DNA from: Alphaproteobacteria bacterium
GTDB lineage: Bacteria > Pseudomonadota > Alphaproteobacteria > Bin95
Length of the DNA stretch: 64,000 nt
Direction of reading: 5' to 3'
NCBI GenBank assembly: GCA_963665325.3
Contig: CAXXWS020000002.1
Coordinates: forward strand, 1,248,001 to 1,312,000
Made by a program: the position numbers and the translations under genes. A model generated the notes under the pieces. That model searched no databases and had not been told where the DNA came from. It was given only the letters and a program-made list of their open reading frames with translations. Below are positions 19,472 to 32,425 of this stretch, piece after piece (positions within the stretch are counted from its first letter, which is position 1; each line of letters begins with the position of its first letter).

Positions 19472-20176
19472 TCAGGCCGCGCGGCGGCCGTCGCGGGTGC
19501 GCACCACCTGATATCCGCGCCGCCCCAGATAGCCGAAGGGCGCGCTCCAGATATGGACCAGGCGGCTGAACGGGAAGACCAGGAAAATGGTGAGGCCCAG
19601 GAAGATATGCGCCTTGTAAACCCAATGAACGCCCGCCGCATAGACCGCCGCATCGGCCTGGTAGGTGACGATCTTCTGCGCCCACAAGGACAGGGCGACC
19701 ATGACCTCGCCTCCTTCCCTGTGCGCCCACGAGAACGGCAGGCTCGCCAGGCCGAGCACCAGTTGCAGCCACAGCAGGACAAGAATCGCAATGTCCATCG
19801 CGCTCGACGTGGCGCGGATCCGCGGGTCGAACAGCCTGCGGTGCAGAAGCATGGTGAGGCCGACAAAGCAGACGATGCCGAAGATGCCGCCGGCGACGAT
19901 GGCAAGCACCTGCTTGACGCCGGAGCTCATGCCGAAGGCGTGATAGATGTCCTTCGGTGTCAGCAGGCCGACGAAATGCCCGAGGAACAGCAGCAGGATG
20001 CCCACATGGAACAGCACGCTGCCCCAGATCAACTGTCGTCGCCGCAGCAATTGGCTTGACCCGCTGCGCCAGGTGTACTGCTCCCGGTCGAAACGGATCA
20101 GGCTTCCAGCCAGGAACACCGTCGCCGCCAGATACGGGTAGTAGCCGAAGACGAGGATGTGGAACCAGTCAGCCAT
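19472..20176 (-). CDS. narI: Respiratory nitrate reductase gamma subunit (cytochrome b)
   Basis: FGYYPY, RFDREQYTWRSGSSQLL, LFHVGIL..GHFVGLLTP, FPFSRLVHIWSAP. Confidence 0.95.
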   Translation of the reverse strand: MADWFHILVFGYYPYLAATVFLAGSLIRFDREQYTWRSGSSQLLRRRQLIWGSVLFHVGILLLFLGHFVGLLTPKDIYHAFGMSSGVKQVLAIVAGGIFGIVCFVGLTMLLHRRLFDPRIRATSSAMDIAILVLLWLQLVLGLASLPFSWAHREGGEVMVALSLWAQKIVTYQADAAVYAAGVHWVYKAHIFLGLTIFLVFPFSRLVHIWSAPFGYLGRRGYQVVRTRDGRRAA

Positions 20177-20884
20177 GGTCATGCTCCGTCCTGTCCGGTT
20201 CAGGCGGGCGGGGGGCGACCGCGAGCTCCGCCATGCGGTTGAGGGTATCGCGGGCCACGGCGCAGCCGCCGTCCGGCGCGCCGTCGAAGGCCGGCGCCTC
20301 CTCCCATTCCTTGTCGAGTTCCGCCGCTTCCTCTTCCAGCGACTTGTCGTGCTGCAGCAGGCTCTCGACCGTGGCCCGGTCGGGCTTCCGGGCGGCCAGC
20401 TCCTCAAGCGCCTTGAAGACGCCGGCATAGTCGCTGCGACGCCGTTCCAGCCGGACGCGGATCGCGGCGAGGATATGGGCAACGTCTGACAGCAGCTCGG
20501 CGGCCTCCCTCGGCTCGACCAGGGACAGGAACTCCAGGAACAGCGGCAGGTAGTCGGGCAACTCGTTGGCGTCGATGCTGTAGCCGTTGGCCTCGTAATG
20601 CGACGCAAGATTGACCATCGCCTGGCCGCGGTCGCGGGACTCCCCGTGGATATGCTCGAACAGGTGCAGGGACAGGCTGCGCGAGCGATCGAACAGCCCG
20701 ACATAGGCCTCCTGGGAGGCCAGCGGGTCCTCGAGGAGCAGCTTCCAGGCCAGCCGGCCTATCGTGGCGCGGGCGGATTTCGACAATGCCCGCTCCGCCT
20801 CGAGCATGGCGGCGATGTCGCCGGCCGACCCGGCCAGTTCGGCAGTCGGGTACTGCAGCAGCGCGCCGAGAGCCCGGTAGATCA

Positions 20885-20888
<4 letters not shown>
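20169..20888 (-). CDS. narJ: Nitrate reductase molybdenum cofactor assembly chaperone
   Basis: LLQYP, YVGLFDRSRSLSLHLFEHIHGESRDRGQAM, ELPDYLPLFLEFL. ATGA overlap with narH. Confidence 0.95.
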
Positions 20889-22425
<1,537 letters not shown>

Positions 22426-22429
<4 letters not shown>

Positions 22430-25400
22430 TCCGCCGCCTCCATTGCCGGACCCCGATAGGGGCCTTCCATCCAATCGACCGAGTGCATCTTGCGCACGAT
22501 CACGAATTCGTCGCGGTTCGAACCGACGGTGCCGTAATAGTTGAAACCGTAGGACAGCTGAGCGTATCCGCCGACCATGTGGGTCGGCTTGACCGTCGCG
22601 CGGGTCACGGAGTTGTGGATGCCGCCGCGCCCGCCGGTCACCTCGCTGCCGGGCACATTCACGATCTTCTCCTGCGCGTGGTACATCAGCGTCATGCCCT
22701 CCGGCACGCGCTGGCTGACCACCGCGCGGGCGACCAGGGCGCCGTTCGCGTTGTAGGCCTCGATCCAGTCATTGTCCTCGACGCCGATCTTGCGGGCGTC
22801 GGTTTCGCTCAACCAGACGATGGGTCCGCCGCGCGAGAGCGTCAGCATCAGCAGATTGTCGGTATAGGTGCTGTGGATGCCCCACTTCTGGTGCGGCGTG
22901 ATGAAATTCAGCACGACCTGCGGGCTGCCATTGTCCTTCTCGCCGATCAGCGGCTCGATCGTCTTGGTGTCGATCGGCGGCTTGTAGACGCACAGCTGTT
23001 CGCCGAAGGCCTGCATCCACAGATGGTCCTGGTAGAGCTGCTGGCGCCCGCTGAGGGTGCGCCAGGGAATCAGCTCATGCACATTGGTATAGCCGGCAGT
23101 GTAGGTGACATGCTCCGACTCGACCCCGGACCAGGTGGGCGAGGAGATGATCTTGCGCGGCTGGGCCTGCAGGTCGCGGAAGCGCAGCTTGTCCTCCTCG
23201 CGCGCCGCCGCCAGATGCTCGTGGTCGCGCCCGGTCGCCTTGCCGAGCGCCGCCCACGCCTTGACCGCCACATGGCCGTTGGTCTCCGGGGCCAGCGCCA
23301 GAACGACCTCGGTTGCGTCGATGTCGGTCTCGATCTTCGCGAGGCCCTTCGAGACGCCCTCCTCACGCACCTTGCCATTAAGCTGCTTGAGGAACTCGAC
23401 CTCTTCCCCGGTATCCCAGCCGATGCCCTTGCCGCCATTCCCGGCCTTCGTCATCAACGGGCCGAGCGCGGTGAACTTCCTGTAGGTGCTGGGATAGTCG
23501 CGCTCGACCACCACCATGTTCGGCATGGTCTTGCCCGGCACCGCTTCGCATTCGCCCTTCTTCCAGTCTCTAACTTCGGTCGCCTGCGCCAATTCCATCG
23601 GCGTGTCGTGCAGGGTCGGCACAAGCACGAGGTCGCGCTCCACGCCGAGCTCGCCTTCCGCGACCTCCGAGAACTTCTTCGCGATTCCCTTGAAGATCTC
23701 CCAGTCGCTTCGGGACTCCCAGACCGGATCGACCGCAGCCGAGAGCGGGTGGATGAAGGGGTGCATGTCGGAGGTGTTGAGGTCGTTCTTCTCGTACCAG
23801 GTCGCCGTCGGCAGCACGATGTCCGAATAGAGGCAGGTGGTGGACATGCGGAAGTCGAGGGTGACCAGCAGGTCGAGCTTGCCTTCCGGGGCGTCGTCGT
23901 GCCACGCGACCTCGGCCGGCTTCCTGTCGCCGGTCTCGCCGAGCTCCTTGCCCTGCACGCCGTGCTGGGTGCCCAGCAGGTGCTTCAGGAAATACTCGTG
24001 GCCCTTGCCGCTGGAGCCCAGCAGGTTGGATCGCCAGACGAACAGGTTGCGCGGCCAGTTCCTCGGGTCGTCGGGGTCCTCGCACGACATTTGCAGCGAG
24101 CCGTCCTTAATGCCGGCGACCGCCGCCCCGACCGGGTCGTCCTCGCCCGCGGCCTTGGTCACCTCCAGCGGATTGGTCGCCAGTTGCGGCGCGGAGGGCA
24201 GCCAGCCCATACGCTCCGAACGGACATTGAAGTCGATCAAATTCAGCGCCTTCCAATCGCCTTCCGGCGCCAGCGGCGAGACGATCTCGTCGACGGACAG
24301 CTTCTCGTAGCGCCACTGGTCGGTGTGGCTGTACCAGAACGAGGTGCTGTTCATCTGCCGCGGCGGCCGGTTCCAGTCCAGCGCGAAGGCGAGCGGCAGC
24401 CAGCCGGTCTGGGGCCTTAGCTTTTCCTGCCCGACATAGTGCGACCAGCCGCCGCCGGATTTCCCGACGCACCCGCACATCACCAGCATGTTGATGATGC
24501 TGCGGTAGATCATGTCCATATGGTACCAATGGTTGAGGGCGGCTCCGACGATGACCATCGAACGGCCCTCGGTCTTGTGCGCGTTCTCGGCGAACTGGCG
24601 CGCCACCGCGATCACCTTGTCGCGCGCGACCCCCGTGATGCGTTCCTGCCATGCCGGGGTATAGGGCACGTCATCGTCGAAGCTTGCCGCCACGTTTTCG
24701 CCGCCGAGGCCGCGGTCGAGCCCGTAATTGGCGACGAACAGGTCGTACACGGTGGCGACCGGCGCCTCGCCGTCCGCCGTCCGGATCTTCTTCACCGGCA
24801 CGTTGCGCCACAGCACGTCGTCATGGTCGGTGCCGGCGAAATGGTCGTGCTTTGCGTTGCCGAAATAGGGGAAGCCGACCCTGGCCACCTCGTCCCGGGC
24901 GTGGATGAGGCTCAGTCGCAGTCTTGTCTCCGCGCCGTTCGCGCCGTCTTTCTCCTCGATATTCCACTTACCCGCCTCGCCCCACCGGAAGCCGATAGAG
25001 CCGACCGGACAGACGAGCGCATCGTTCCGCTTCTCGTCGATGGCGACGGTCTTCCACTCGGGATTGTTGGACTGGCCCAGCCCTTCCGGCAGGTCGGAGG
25101 CGCGCAGCATGCGGTCCGGCACATACCCGCCGTCCACCTGCCGCAGCCTCACCAGGAACGGCATGTCGGTGTAGCGGCGGCAATAGTCCTCGAAATAGGG
25201 ACTCCGGCCTGCGAGGTGCCATTCCTTGAGGATCACATGGCCCATCGCCAGCGCGAGCGCGGCGTCGGTACCCTGCTTGGGGTTGAGCCAGATATCGGCG
25301 AATTTCGACGCCTCGCTGTAGTCGGGCGTCACCGTCACGGTCGTCGCGCCCTTGTAGCGGACCTCGGTCATGAAGTGGGCGTCGGGCGTGCGCGTCTGGG

Positions 25401-26169
25401 GCACGTTCGAGCCCCACATCATCAGGAAGGTCGAGTTGTACCAGTCGGCGCTTTCCGGCACATCGGTCTGCTCGCCCCAGGTTTGCGGGCTGGAGGGCGG
25501 CAGGTCGCAGTACCAGTCGTAGAAGCTCATGCACACGCCGCCGATCAGCGACAGGTAGCGCGAGCCGGCGGCATAGGAGACCATCGACATGGCGGGTATC
25601 GGCGAGAAGCCGATGACGCGGTCGGGCCCGTGCCTCTTGATAGTATAAACATTGGCGGCCGCGACGATCTCGTTGACCTCTTCCCAGTCGGAGCGCACGA
25701 AGCCGCCGAGCCCCCGCACCCGCTGGTAGTCCCGGCGCTTGCCGTCGTTCTCGACAATCGACGCCCAGGCGGCGACCGGCGCCATGGTCTTGCGCGCTTC
25801 GCGCCAGTGCCGGACCAGCCGGCTGCGTACCAGCGGATATTTCAACCGGTTGGCGCTGTAGATGTACCAGGAATAGCTGGCGCCCCTGGAACAGCCGCGC
25901 GGCTCGTGATTCGGCAGGTCGGGGCGGGTCCGGGGATAGTCGGTCTGTTGCGTCTCCCAGGTGATGATCCCGCCCTTGACGTAGATCTTCCAGCTGCAGG
26001 AGCCGGTGCAGTTCACTCCGTGGGTCGAGCGCACGATCTTGTCGTGCTGCCAGCGCGCCCGGTAGGAGTCCTCCCAGCCGCGGTCCTCGTTGGTGACGAT
26101 CCCGTGCCCGTCCGCGAAGGTGTCCACTGTCTTCCTGAAGAAGGTCAACCGGTCCAGGAAATGGCTCAT
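22426..26169 (-). CDS. narG: Respiratory nitrate reductase alpha subunit
   Basis: MSHFLDRL, RSTHGVNCTGSCSW, SFYDWYCDLP, 1247 aa, C-terminal GFNYYGTVGSNRD. Confidence 0.98.
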
Positions 26170-26182
26170 CGGATTCGCCTCC

Positions 26183-27790
26183 TCACGGATTCTTCACGTA
26201 GGCGTTCTTGCGCAGATAGAACCACCAGTTGATGGCGATGCAAACCAAATAGAAGGCTGCGAAACCATAGAGCGCGTATTCCGGCGTCGTCGCCTTGATC
26301 TGCTCGCCGAACACCTTGGGGATGATGAAGGCCCCGTAGGCGGCGACGGCGGACGTCCACCCGAGAACGGGACCGGCCTGCACCCTGTCGAAAACGATGG
26401 CGATGGTGCGGAAGGTGGAGCCGTTGCCGATTCCGGTCGCGGCGAACAGAACCAGGAACAGGACCAGGAAGGGCAGGAAATAGTCTTCCGGCGTTTCCGA
26501 CGCATAGGCGAGCGACAGGAAATACGCCACGCCAAGCGCACACGCGATCATGACGACGGAGACGATCTGCGTCACCAGCGCTCCGCCGAGGCGGTCGGAG
26601 ATCATGCCGCCGATCGGACGGATCAGCGCGCCAATGAACGGGCCGGTCCAGGCGTACATCAACGCGCTCGGCCCGTTGGGGTTCACCGTCGTGTGCGTCA
26701 TGACGCCATCGACCTCGATATGCTGGAAGCCGAACACGACCTTGATGGCGAGGCCGAAGGCGGCGGCGTAGCCGATGAACGAGCCGAAGGTCATCGTGTA
26801 GATGACCGTCATCGCCCAGGTGTGCTTGTTCCTGAAGATTGCATATTGCCGGTCGAGACTCTGGCGGATAGTGCCGGGGATCATCCGCAAGGCGAAGACC
26901 GTGGCCGCGATGACGAGCGGCAGCACGATCCATTTGCTCAGTTCCAGCCCGGAACCGCCGGCATTCTCCGGCAGCAGGAGCCACAGCCCGATTGCCGCGG
27001 TGACCAGCCCGATGGCAAGCATGCCCAGGATCTTGCCGAAGGCGCCGGCCGTGGAGCCGAGCCCCGGCGAGACATGCTCCGCCGTGATGTTGTTCATGGC
27101 GAACCAGGCGGCGATCACCAGCGGGACCAGGATGGCCACCCAGATATAGCCCGCATTGTGAATGTAGGTCTCCGTTCCCGCCGGGATCTTGCCGACCAGC
27201 GTCCCGGAACTGTTGGCGAGGATGAGCGCGGAGCCGCCGAACACGCCCACCGTCATGACCAGCGGCACCAGTATCTGCATGGTGGTAACGCCGAAATTGC
27301 CGAGGCCGGCATTCATGCCGAGCGAATAGCCCTGCACGTTCTTGGGGAAGAAAAAGGAGATGTTCGACATGGACGAGGCGAAATTGCCGCCGCCGAAGCC
27401 GGAGAGCAGCGCCATGATCTGGAATTGCCAGAGCGGCGTCTCCGGGTCCTGTAACAGGAGCCCGGTTCCGGCCGCGGGAATGATGAGAAGCGCCGTCGTC
27501 AGGAAGATCGTGTTTCGGCCGCCGGCGATGCGGATGAAGAAGGAGGAGGGGATGCGCAGCGTGGCGCCGCTCAATCCCGCGATGGCGGCAAGGGTGAAGA
27601 GTTCCCCCTGCGAGAAGGGGAACTTCAGGTTGATCATCTGGACGGTGATGATTCCCCAGTAGAGCCAGACCGCGAAGCCGCAGAGCAGACAGGGAATGGA
27701 AATCCAGAGGTTGCGCGTCGCGATGCGCTTGCCCTCTGTATTCCAGAATGCCTCGTCTTCCGGGTCCCAGCTCGTCAGGTTCCTGGCCAT
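26183..27790 (-). CDS. narK2: NarK2-type nitrate/nitrite antiporter
   Basis: WDPEDEAFW, RNLWISIP, GFGGGNFASSMSNISFFFP, GIGNGSTFR. Confidence 0.9.
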   Translation of the reverse strand: MARNLTSWDPEDEAFWNTEGKRIATRNLWISIPCLLCGFAVWLYWGIITVQMINLKFPFSQGELFTLAAIAGLSGATLRIPSSFFIRIAGGRNTIFLTTALLIIPAAGTGLLLQDPETPLWQFQIMALLSGFGGGNFASSMSNISFFFPKNVQGYSLGMNAGLGNFGVTTMQILVPLVMTVGVFGGSALILANSSGTLVGKIPAGTETYIHNAGYIWVAILVPLVIAAWFAMNNITAEHVSPGLGSTAGAFGKILGMLAIGLVTAAIGLWLLLPENAGGSGLELSKWIVLPLVIAATVFALRMIPGTIRQSLDRQYAIFRNKHTWAMTVIYTMTFGSFIGYAAAFGLAIKVVFGFQHIEVDGVMTHTTVNPNGPSALMYAWTGPFIGALIRPIGGMISDRLGGALVTQIVSVVMIACALGVAYFLSLAYASETPEDYFLPFLVLFLVLFAATGIGNGSTFRTIAIVFDRVQAGPVLGWTSAVAAYGAFIIPKVFGEQIKATTPEYALYGFAAFYLVCIAINWWFYLRKNAYVKNP

Positions 27791-27841
27791 CTCTTCCCCT
27801 TTTCCAACCGGGCCGGCTCCGCCGCTGGCGGAAACGGCCCG

Positions 27842-29167
27842 TTATGCGGTTCCGGGCGGCGGCTCCGGCGCCTCCGGGACATCGCTGAGATAGCGTTCGT
27901 CGGCCAGTGCCGGGTGGCGGCGGCGCTCCATCAGGCGGATCGCCACATGCATCCAGACCGTGCTGACCAGAACGATCGCGAACAGCAGCATGAAGGAACT
28001 GGTCCAGACGCCGAACCAGTCGTTCAGGATTCCGAAACTGATCGGCAGAATGAACCCGCCGAGCCCCCCGATCATGCCGACCAGCCCGCCGACCGACCCG
28101 ACATGGTGGGGGTAGTAGACGGGAATATGCTTGTAGACGGCGGCCTTGCCGAGCGACATCACGAAACCCAGCACAACGCTGAGGATGACGAAGGCCGGCA
28201 GACCGATCCCGAAGGTGAACTGAATTGGCCCGGTAATGCCGTCGACCGTGTATTGCGTGCGCGGGTAGCTCATGGCGAACAGGCAGACCAGCGACACGAT
28301 GAACGTCAGATACATGACGAAGCGTGCGCCCCATTTGTCCGACATCCAACCGCCGAGCGCACGGAAAATAGAACCGGGCATGGAATAGGCGGCCGCCAGC
28401 ATGCCGGCGGTCGCAAGCGACAGGTCGTAAGCGCCGACGTAGAAGCGCGGCAGATATGAAGCGAGCGCCACGAACCCGCCGAACACGAAGAAATAGTAGG
28501 TGGCGAACCGCCAGACCTGCATGTTCTTCAACGGCGCAAGCTGTTCCCTGGTCGACACCGGCCGGTGTCCCTCGCGCTTGCGTGCCACCTGCGCCGGGTC
28601 CGGCTTGGCCAGGAAATAGAATCCGACCGCCGTCAGCGCCAGCACCACCGCGTAGATCTGCGCGGTCTGCTGCCAGCCGAAAGCCAGCACCAGGAACGGT
28701 GCACCGAAATTGGTAACCGCCGCGCCGACATTGCCGACACCGAAGATGCCGAGCGCCGTGCCCTGGTGCTCCTTGTCGAACCACTGCGAGGTGTAGGCGA
28801 TGCCGACGATGAACGACCCGCCGGCCAGCCCGACGCCGAGGGCGGCGATCAGGAAGACCTCATAGGTCTGCACCGAGGACAACAACCAGCAGGCGACCGC
28901 CGTTGCCAGCATTTGCACGGGAAATACGAGGCGGCCGCCATACTGTTCGGTCCATACGCCAAGAAAGATGCGGCTGACGGACCCGGTAAGGACGGGCGTT
29001 GCGACCAGGATTCCGAATTCTGTCTCGGAGAGCCCGAGATCCTGTTTGATCTTCACGCCGATGATCGAGAAGATCGTCCAGACCGCGAAACATACAGTGA
29101 AAGCAAAGGTGCTTAGACCGAGCGCTGTGTGCCGGTCGCCACGGGTGACTTCTGTCAGGTCGGGCAT
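27842..29167 (-). CDS. narK1: NarK1-type nitrate/proton symporter (MFS)
   Basis: AFTVCFAVWTIFSIIG, GLAGGSFIVG, GIFGVGNVGAA, SLGKAAVYKHIP. Confidence 0.9.
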   Translation of the reverse strand: MPDLTEVTRGDRHTALGLSTFAFTVCFAVWTIFSIIGVKIKQDLGLSETEFGILVATPVLTGSVSRIFLGVWTEQYGGRLVFPVQMLATAVACWLLSSVQTYEVFLIAALGVGLAGGSFIVGIAYTSQWFDKEHQGTALGIFGVGNVGAAVTNFGAPFLVLAFGWQQTAQIYAVVLALTAVGFYFLAKPDPAQVARKREGHRPVSTREQLAPLKNMQVWRFATYYFFVFGGFVALASYLPRFYVGAYDLSLATAGMLAAAYSMPGSIFRALGGWMSDKWGARFVMYLTFIVSLVCLFAMSYPRTQYTVDGITGPIQFTFGIGLPAFVILSVVLGFVMSLGKAAVYKHIPVYYPHHVGSVGGLVGMIGGLGGFILPISFGILNDWFGVWTSSFMLLFAIVLVSTVWMHVAIRLMERRRHPALADERYLSDVPEAPEPPPGTA

Positions 29168-29215
29168 GAACCGAGGCTCCCGACTTCGGGACGGCTGAAT
29201 TCGTACCTGGCGGCG

Positions 29216-29257
29216 AACATAACCGGCGGCGCGGATGCATCCAATGACTTAGGTCAA
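29216..29257 (-). promoter_or_regulatory. FNR/CRP-family-dependent class II promoter of the nar operon
   Basis: TTGAC-ctaa-GTCAT (29257-29244) and -10 TATGTT (29221-29216). The box centre is ~41.5 nt upstream of the inferred TSS at ~29209. Confidence 0.7.
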
Positions 29258-29404
29258 GAGGTTCGTCGTTTGAAGATGGGGGGCGCCAATATCCACCCAC
29301 CCGGCCGGCGCCGCTGCACGGGGCATTTCCGCGACTCGGAGCCGCGTTGAATCCGGCGGCGGAAAGAATAGGTTCCCCGCATCCGCCAGACAGTGCGATA
29401 CGCA

Positions 29405-30556
29405 ATGAAACCCTCCGTCCGCCCTGCCAATCCGAACTTCTCCTCCGGGCCGTGCACCAAGCGGCCGGGATGGTCTCCCGCCGTGTTGTCCGGAGCCCTG
29501 GTGGGGCGCTCCCACCGCTCCGCGCCCGGCAAGGAAAAGCTGGCGGAAGTCATAAACGCCAGCCGCCGACTGCTCGGCATGCCCGAGGACTGGCGGCTGG
29601 CGATCGTGCCCGCCTCCGATACCGGCGCCGTGGAGATCGCCCTCTGGTCCCTGCTCGGCGCGCGCGGCGTCGATGTGCTGGCATGGGAGAGCTTCGGCGC
29701 GAGCTGGGCACTGGATGTCCGCACCCATCTCGGTATCGAGGATGTGCGCCTGCTTGAGGCAGAATACGGTGGCCTGCCGGACCTTTCGGAAGCGGACCCC
29801 GACCGCGACCTCGTATTCGTGTGGAACGGCACCACTTCGGGCGTCTGTCTGCCCGACGGCGACTGGATTGCGGAAGACCGGCGCGGCCTCGCGATCTGCG
29901 ATGCGACCTCGGCTGTGTTCGGTATCGACATGCCGTGGTCGAGGCTCGATGTCGTCACCTGGTCGTGGCAGAAGGCCATCGGCGGCGAAGGGGCGCACGG
30001 CATGCTGGCGCTCGGTCCGCGCGCAGTCGAACGGCTTCTGGCCTACACGCCGCCCCACCCGTTGCCCAAGGTTTTCCGTTTGGTGCGCAACGGCGCGCTG
30101 ATCGAAGGCGTCTTTCGCGGCGAGACGCTGAACACGCCGTCCATGCTGTGCGTCGAGGACGCGCTCGATGCGCTGGCATGGGTGGAAAGCGTCGGCGGAG
30201 TCGCCGGGACTGTCGCCCGGACGCAGACCAACGCCGCCATCATCGGCGAATGGGTGGCCCGGACGGGCTGGATCGGCTTCCTCGGGCGCGACCCGGCGGC
30301 GCGCTCGCCGACCTCGGTTTGCCTCGCGATTGCCGATCCCCGGGTGGCCGGCCTATCGGAGGACCGGCGGAGGGCCTTCGTGCAGGAGTTCGCGGCGCGT
30401 CTCGACGCCGAAGACGCCGGCCGTGACATCGCCAACCACCGCGACGCCCCGCCGAGTCTGCGCATCTGGGCCGGCCCGACGGTCGAACGCACCGACCTGG
30501 AGGCGCTCATGCCCTGGCTCGACTGGGCCTTCGAGGCCGAGGTCGCGAGGCTCTGA
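29405..30556 (+). CDS. serC: Phosphoserine aminotransferase (Methanosarcina/alphaproteobacterial type)
   Basis: RPANPNFSSGPC, GRSHRS, PASDTGA, WNGTTSGV, SWQK, NTPSMLCVED. Confidence 0.95.
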   Translation: MKPSVRPANPNFSSGPCTKRPGWSPAVLSGALVGRSHRSAPGKEKLAEVINASRRLLGMPEDWRLAIVPASDTGAVEIALWSLLGARGVDVLAWESFGASWALDVRTHLGIEDVRLLEAEYGGLPDLSEADPDRDLVFVWNGTTSGVCLPDGDWIAEDRRGLAICDATSAVFGIDMPWSRLDVVTWSWQKAIGGEGAHGMLALGPRAVERLLAYTPPHPLPKVFRLVRNGALIEGVFRGETLNTPSMLCVEDALDALAWVESVGGVAGTVARTQTNAAIIGEWVARTGWIGFLGRDPAARSPTSVCLAIADPRVAGLSEDRRRAFVQEFAARLDAEDAGRDIANHRDAPPSLRIWAGPTVERTDLEALMPWLDWAFEAEVARL

Positions 30557-30564
30557 GCGCGCCG

Positions 30565-32142
30565 ATGAAGAAGGTGCTGATCGCCGACCGGCTGAGCGCG
30601 CGCGCCGGCGAGATCCTGAGCGCGGCCGGCCTGGAAGTGGTCGTGGCGCCCGGCCTTTCCCCCGAAATGCTGTCGGGGCGGCTGGCGGGCGTCCACGGCC
30701 TCGCGGTGCGCTCGGCGACGCAGGTTACGGCGGGCCTGCTCGATTGCGCGCCCGATCTTGAGGTGGTCGGCCGCGCCGGCATCGGCGTGGACAATATCGA
30801 CATCGCGGCGGCGACAGAGCGCGGCGTGGTCGTGATGAACACGCCTTACGGCAATACAGTCACCACGGCCGAGCATGCGCTCGCGCTCCTGTTCGCGCTC
30901 GCGCGCCAGATACCGGCGGCGGACCGCTCCACGCAGGCCGGCAAGTGGGAGAAGTCCCGCTTCATGGGCAGCGAGATTGCAGGCAAGACGCTCGGTGTCG
31001 TCGGCTGCGGCAATGTTGGCGCCGTGGTTTGTGCCCGCGCCCGCGGACTGGCGATGCGGGTGCTGGTGTTCGACCCCTTCGTATCGGAAAGCCGGGCGCG
31101 CGACCTGGGCGCCGCCAAGGTGGAATTCGAAACCCTGCTTGCCGAATCCGATTTCGTCACCCTGCATACCCCGCTTACAGACCGGACGCGCGGCATGATC
31201 GATGCGGACGCGATCGGCCGGATGAAGCCCGGGGTGCGCATCGTCAATTGCGCCCGCGGCGGCCTCGTCGTCGAGGCGGACCTCTGCGCCGCACTCGACA
31301 GCGGCCATGTGGCCGGCGCGGCATTCGATGTCTTCGAAATCGAGCCGGCCGAGGAGAGCGACCTGTTCGGCCGCGAGAACGTGGTGGCGACCCCCCATGT
31401 CGGGGCGTCCACGGCGGAAGCGCAGGAAAATGTGGCGGTCGAGGTAGCGGAGCAGATGGCCGCCTTCCTCAATACGGGCGCGGTCGTGAACGCCCTCAAC
31501 GCGCCGTCCGTGACCGCCGAGGAGGCGCCGAGGCTCAAGCCCTATATGGGCCTTGCCGATGCGCTGGGACGCTTCGTCGGGCAGATTTGCGACGATGCGA
31601 TCACCGGTATCGACATCGCCTGGCGCGGCGACTTGGCGCGACTGAACACCCGCCCGCTCTCCGGCCTGGTGCTACAGGGCGTGCTGTCGAGCCAGCTCGA
31701 CTCGGTCAATATGGTGAACGCGCCGTTCGTCGCCCGCGAGCGGGGCATCGAGGTCCGCGAAAGCTCGACCGGGGAGGCGGACGGCTACCGGGCCCTGATC
31801 GAGGTCCGGGCGGCCATGGGCGAGCGCAGCCGCACCGTTGCCGGCACGCTCTTCGGAGACCGGCTGCGGCTCGTGCGGGTGCAGGACATCCATTTCGAGG
31901 CGGCATTCGGGCCGATCATGCTCTTCCTCAGGAACCACGACCGGCCGGGCGTCATCGGCAAGATCGGCACTATCCTGGGCGAGGAGGGCGTCAACATCGC
32001 CAATTTCCACCTCGGCCGGCCGGTGTCCGGCGGGCATGCGCTCGCGCTCATCGAAATCGACGAGGACTGCCCGGAACGGGTTCTGGACCGCATCGACGCC
32101 CTGCCGGACACCATTGCCCGCCCTTTGGTCCTCCGGTTTTGA
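30565..32142 (+). CDS. serA: D-3-phosphoglycerate dehydrogenase
   Basis: GRAGIGVDN, GCGNVG, NCARGG, TPHVGAST.EAQ, C-terminal ACT domain (DRPGVIG). Confidence 0.96.
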   Translation: MKKVLIADRLSARAGEILSAAGLEVVVAPGLSPEMLSGRLAGVHGLAVRSATQVTAGLLDCAPDLEVVGRAGIGVDNIDIAAATERGVVVMNTPYGNTVTTAEHALALLFALARQIPAADRSTQAGKWEKSRFMGSEIAGKTLGVVGCGNVGAVVCARARGLAMRVLVFDPFVSESRARDLGAAKVEFETLLAESDFVTLHTPLTDRTRGMIDADAIGRMKPGVRIVNCARGGLVVEADLCAALDSGHVAGAAFDVFEIEPAEESDLFGRENVVATPHVGASTAEAQENVAVEVAEQMAAFLNTGAVVNALNAPSVTAEEAPRLKPYMGLADALGRFVGQICDDAITGIDIAWRGDLARLNTRPLSGLVLQGVLSSQLDSVNMVNAPFVARERGIEVRESSTGEADGYRALIEVRAAMGERSRTVAGTLFGDRLRLVRVQDIHFEAAFGPIMLFLRNHDRPGVIGKIGTILGEEGVNIANFHLGRPVSGGHALALIEIDEDCPERVLDRIDALPDTIARPLVLRF

Positions 32143-32218
32143 GCGGGACGGTCCGGCGTGCAACATTCCGGCCAAACCGTGTAGCCTTGGGGCGGCGAAA
32201 GTTTCCGTCGGAGACCCG

Positions 32219-32425
32219 ATGAAGCGGATGCGAGAGTTATCGAATAGCAAGGGTCGGGGCGACACCGAGGTAGTGCGGCCCGAAGACGAGCCGGTGGTCG
32301 ACGCCGATCTCGACGATGGCGAAGCGAAGCTCTCTGCCTTCGGCATGTGGAAGGACCGCGACGAACTGGCCGACGTCGGTGCCTGGGTCAGGAATCTGCG
32401 CCGGGGCCGTTTCGATGCCTTCTAG
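32219..32425 (+). pseudogene. Orphan or degenerate type II antitoxin (Phd/VapB-like C-terminus)
   Basis: AFGMWKDRDELADVGAWVRNLRRGRF resembles antitoxins that precede PIN toxins. No toxin follows; a MITE end starts at the stop codon. Confidence 0.5.

Noticed and set aside
22483-26232. 645-aa and 597-aa + strand ORFs
   Set aside because: Antisense to narG; an artefact of codon bias.
26166-28784. 872-aa - strand ORF that could look like a fused NarK1-NarK2
   Set aside because: Arg-rich alternative frame. The real transporters are two separate ORFs in other frames.
29270-29404. Possible serC leader RNA motif
   Set aside because: I could not recognise the conserved hairpin with confidence; an Rfam/Infernal scan is needed.
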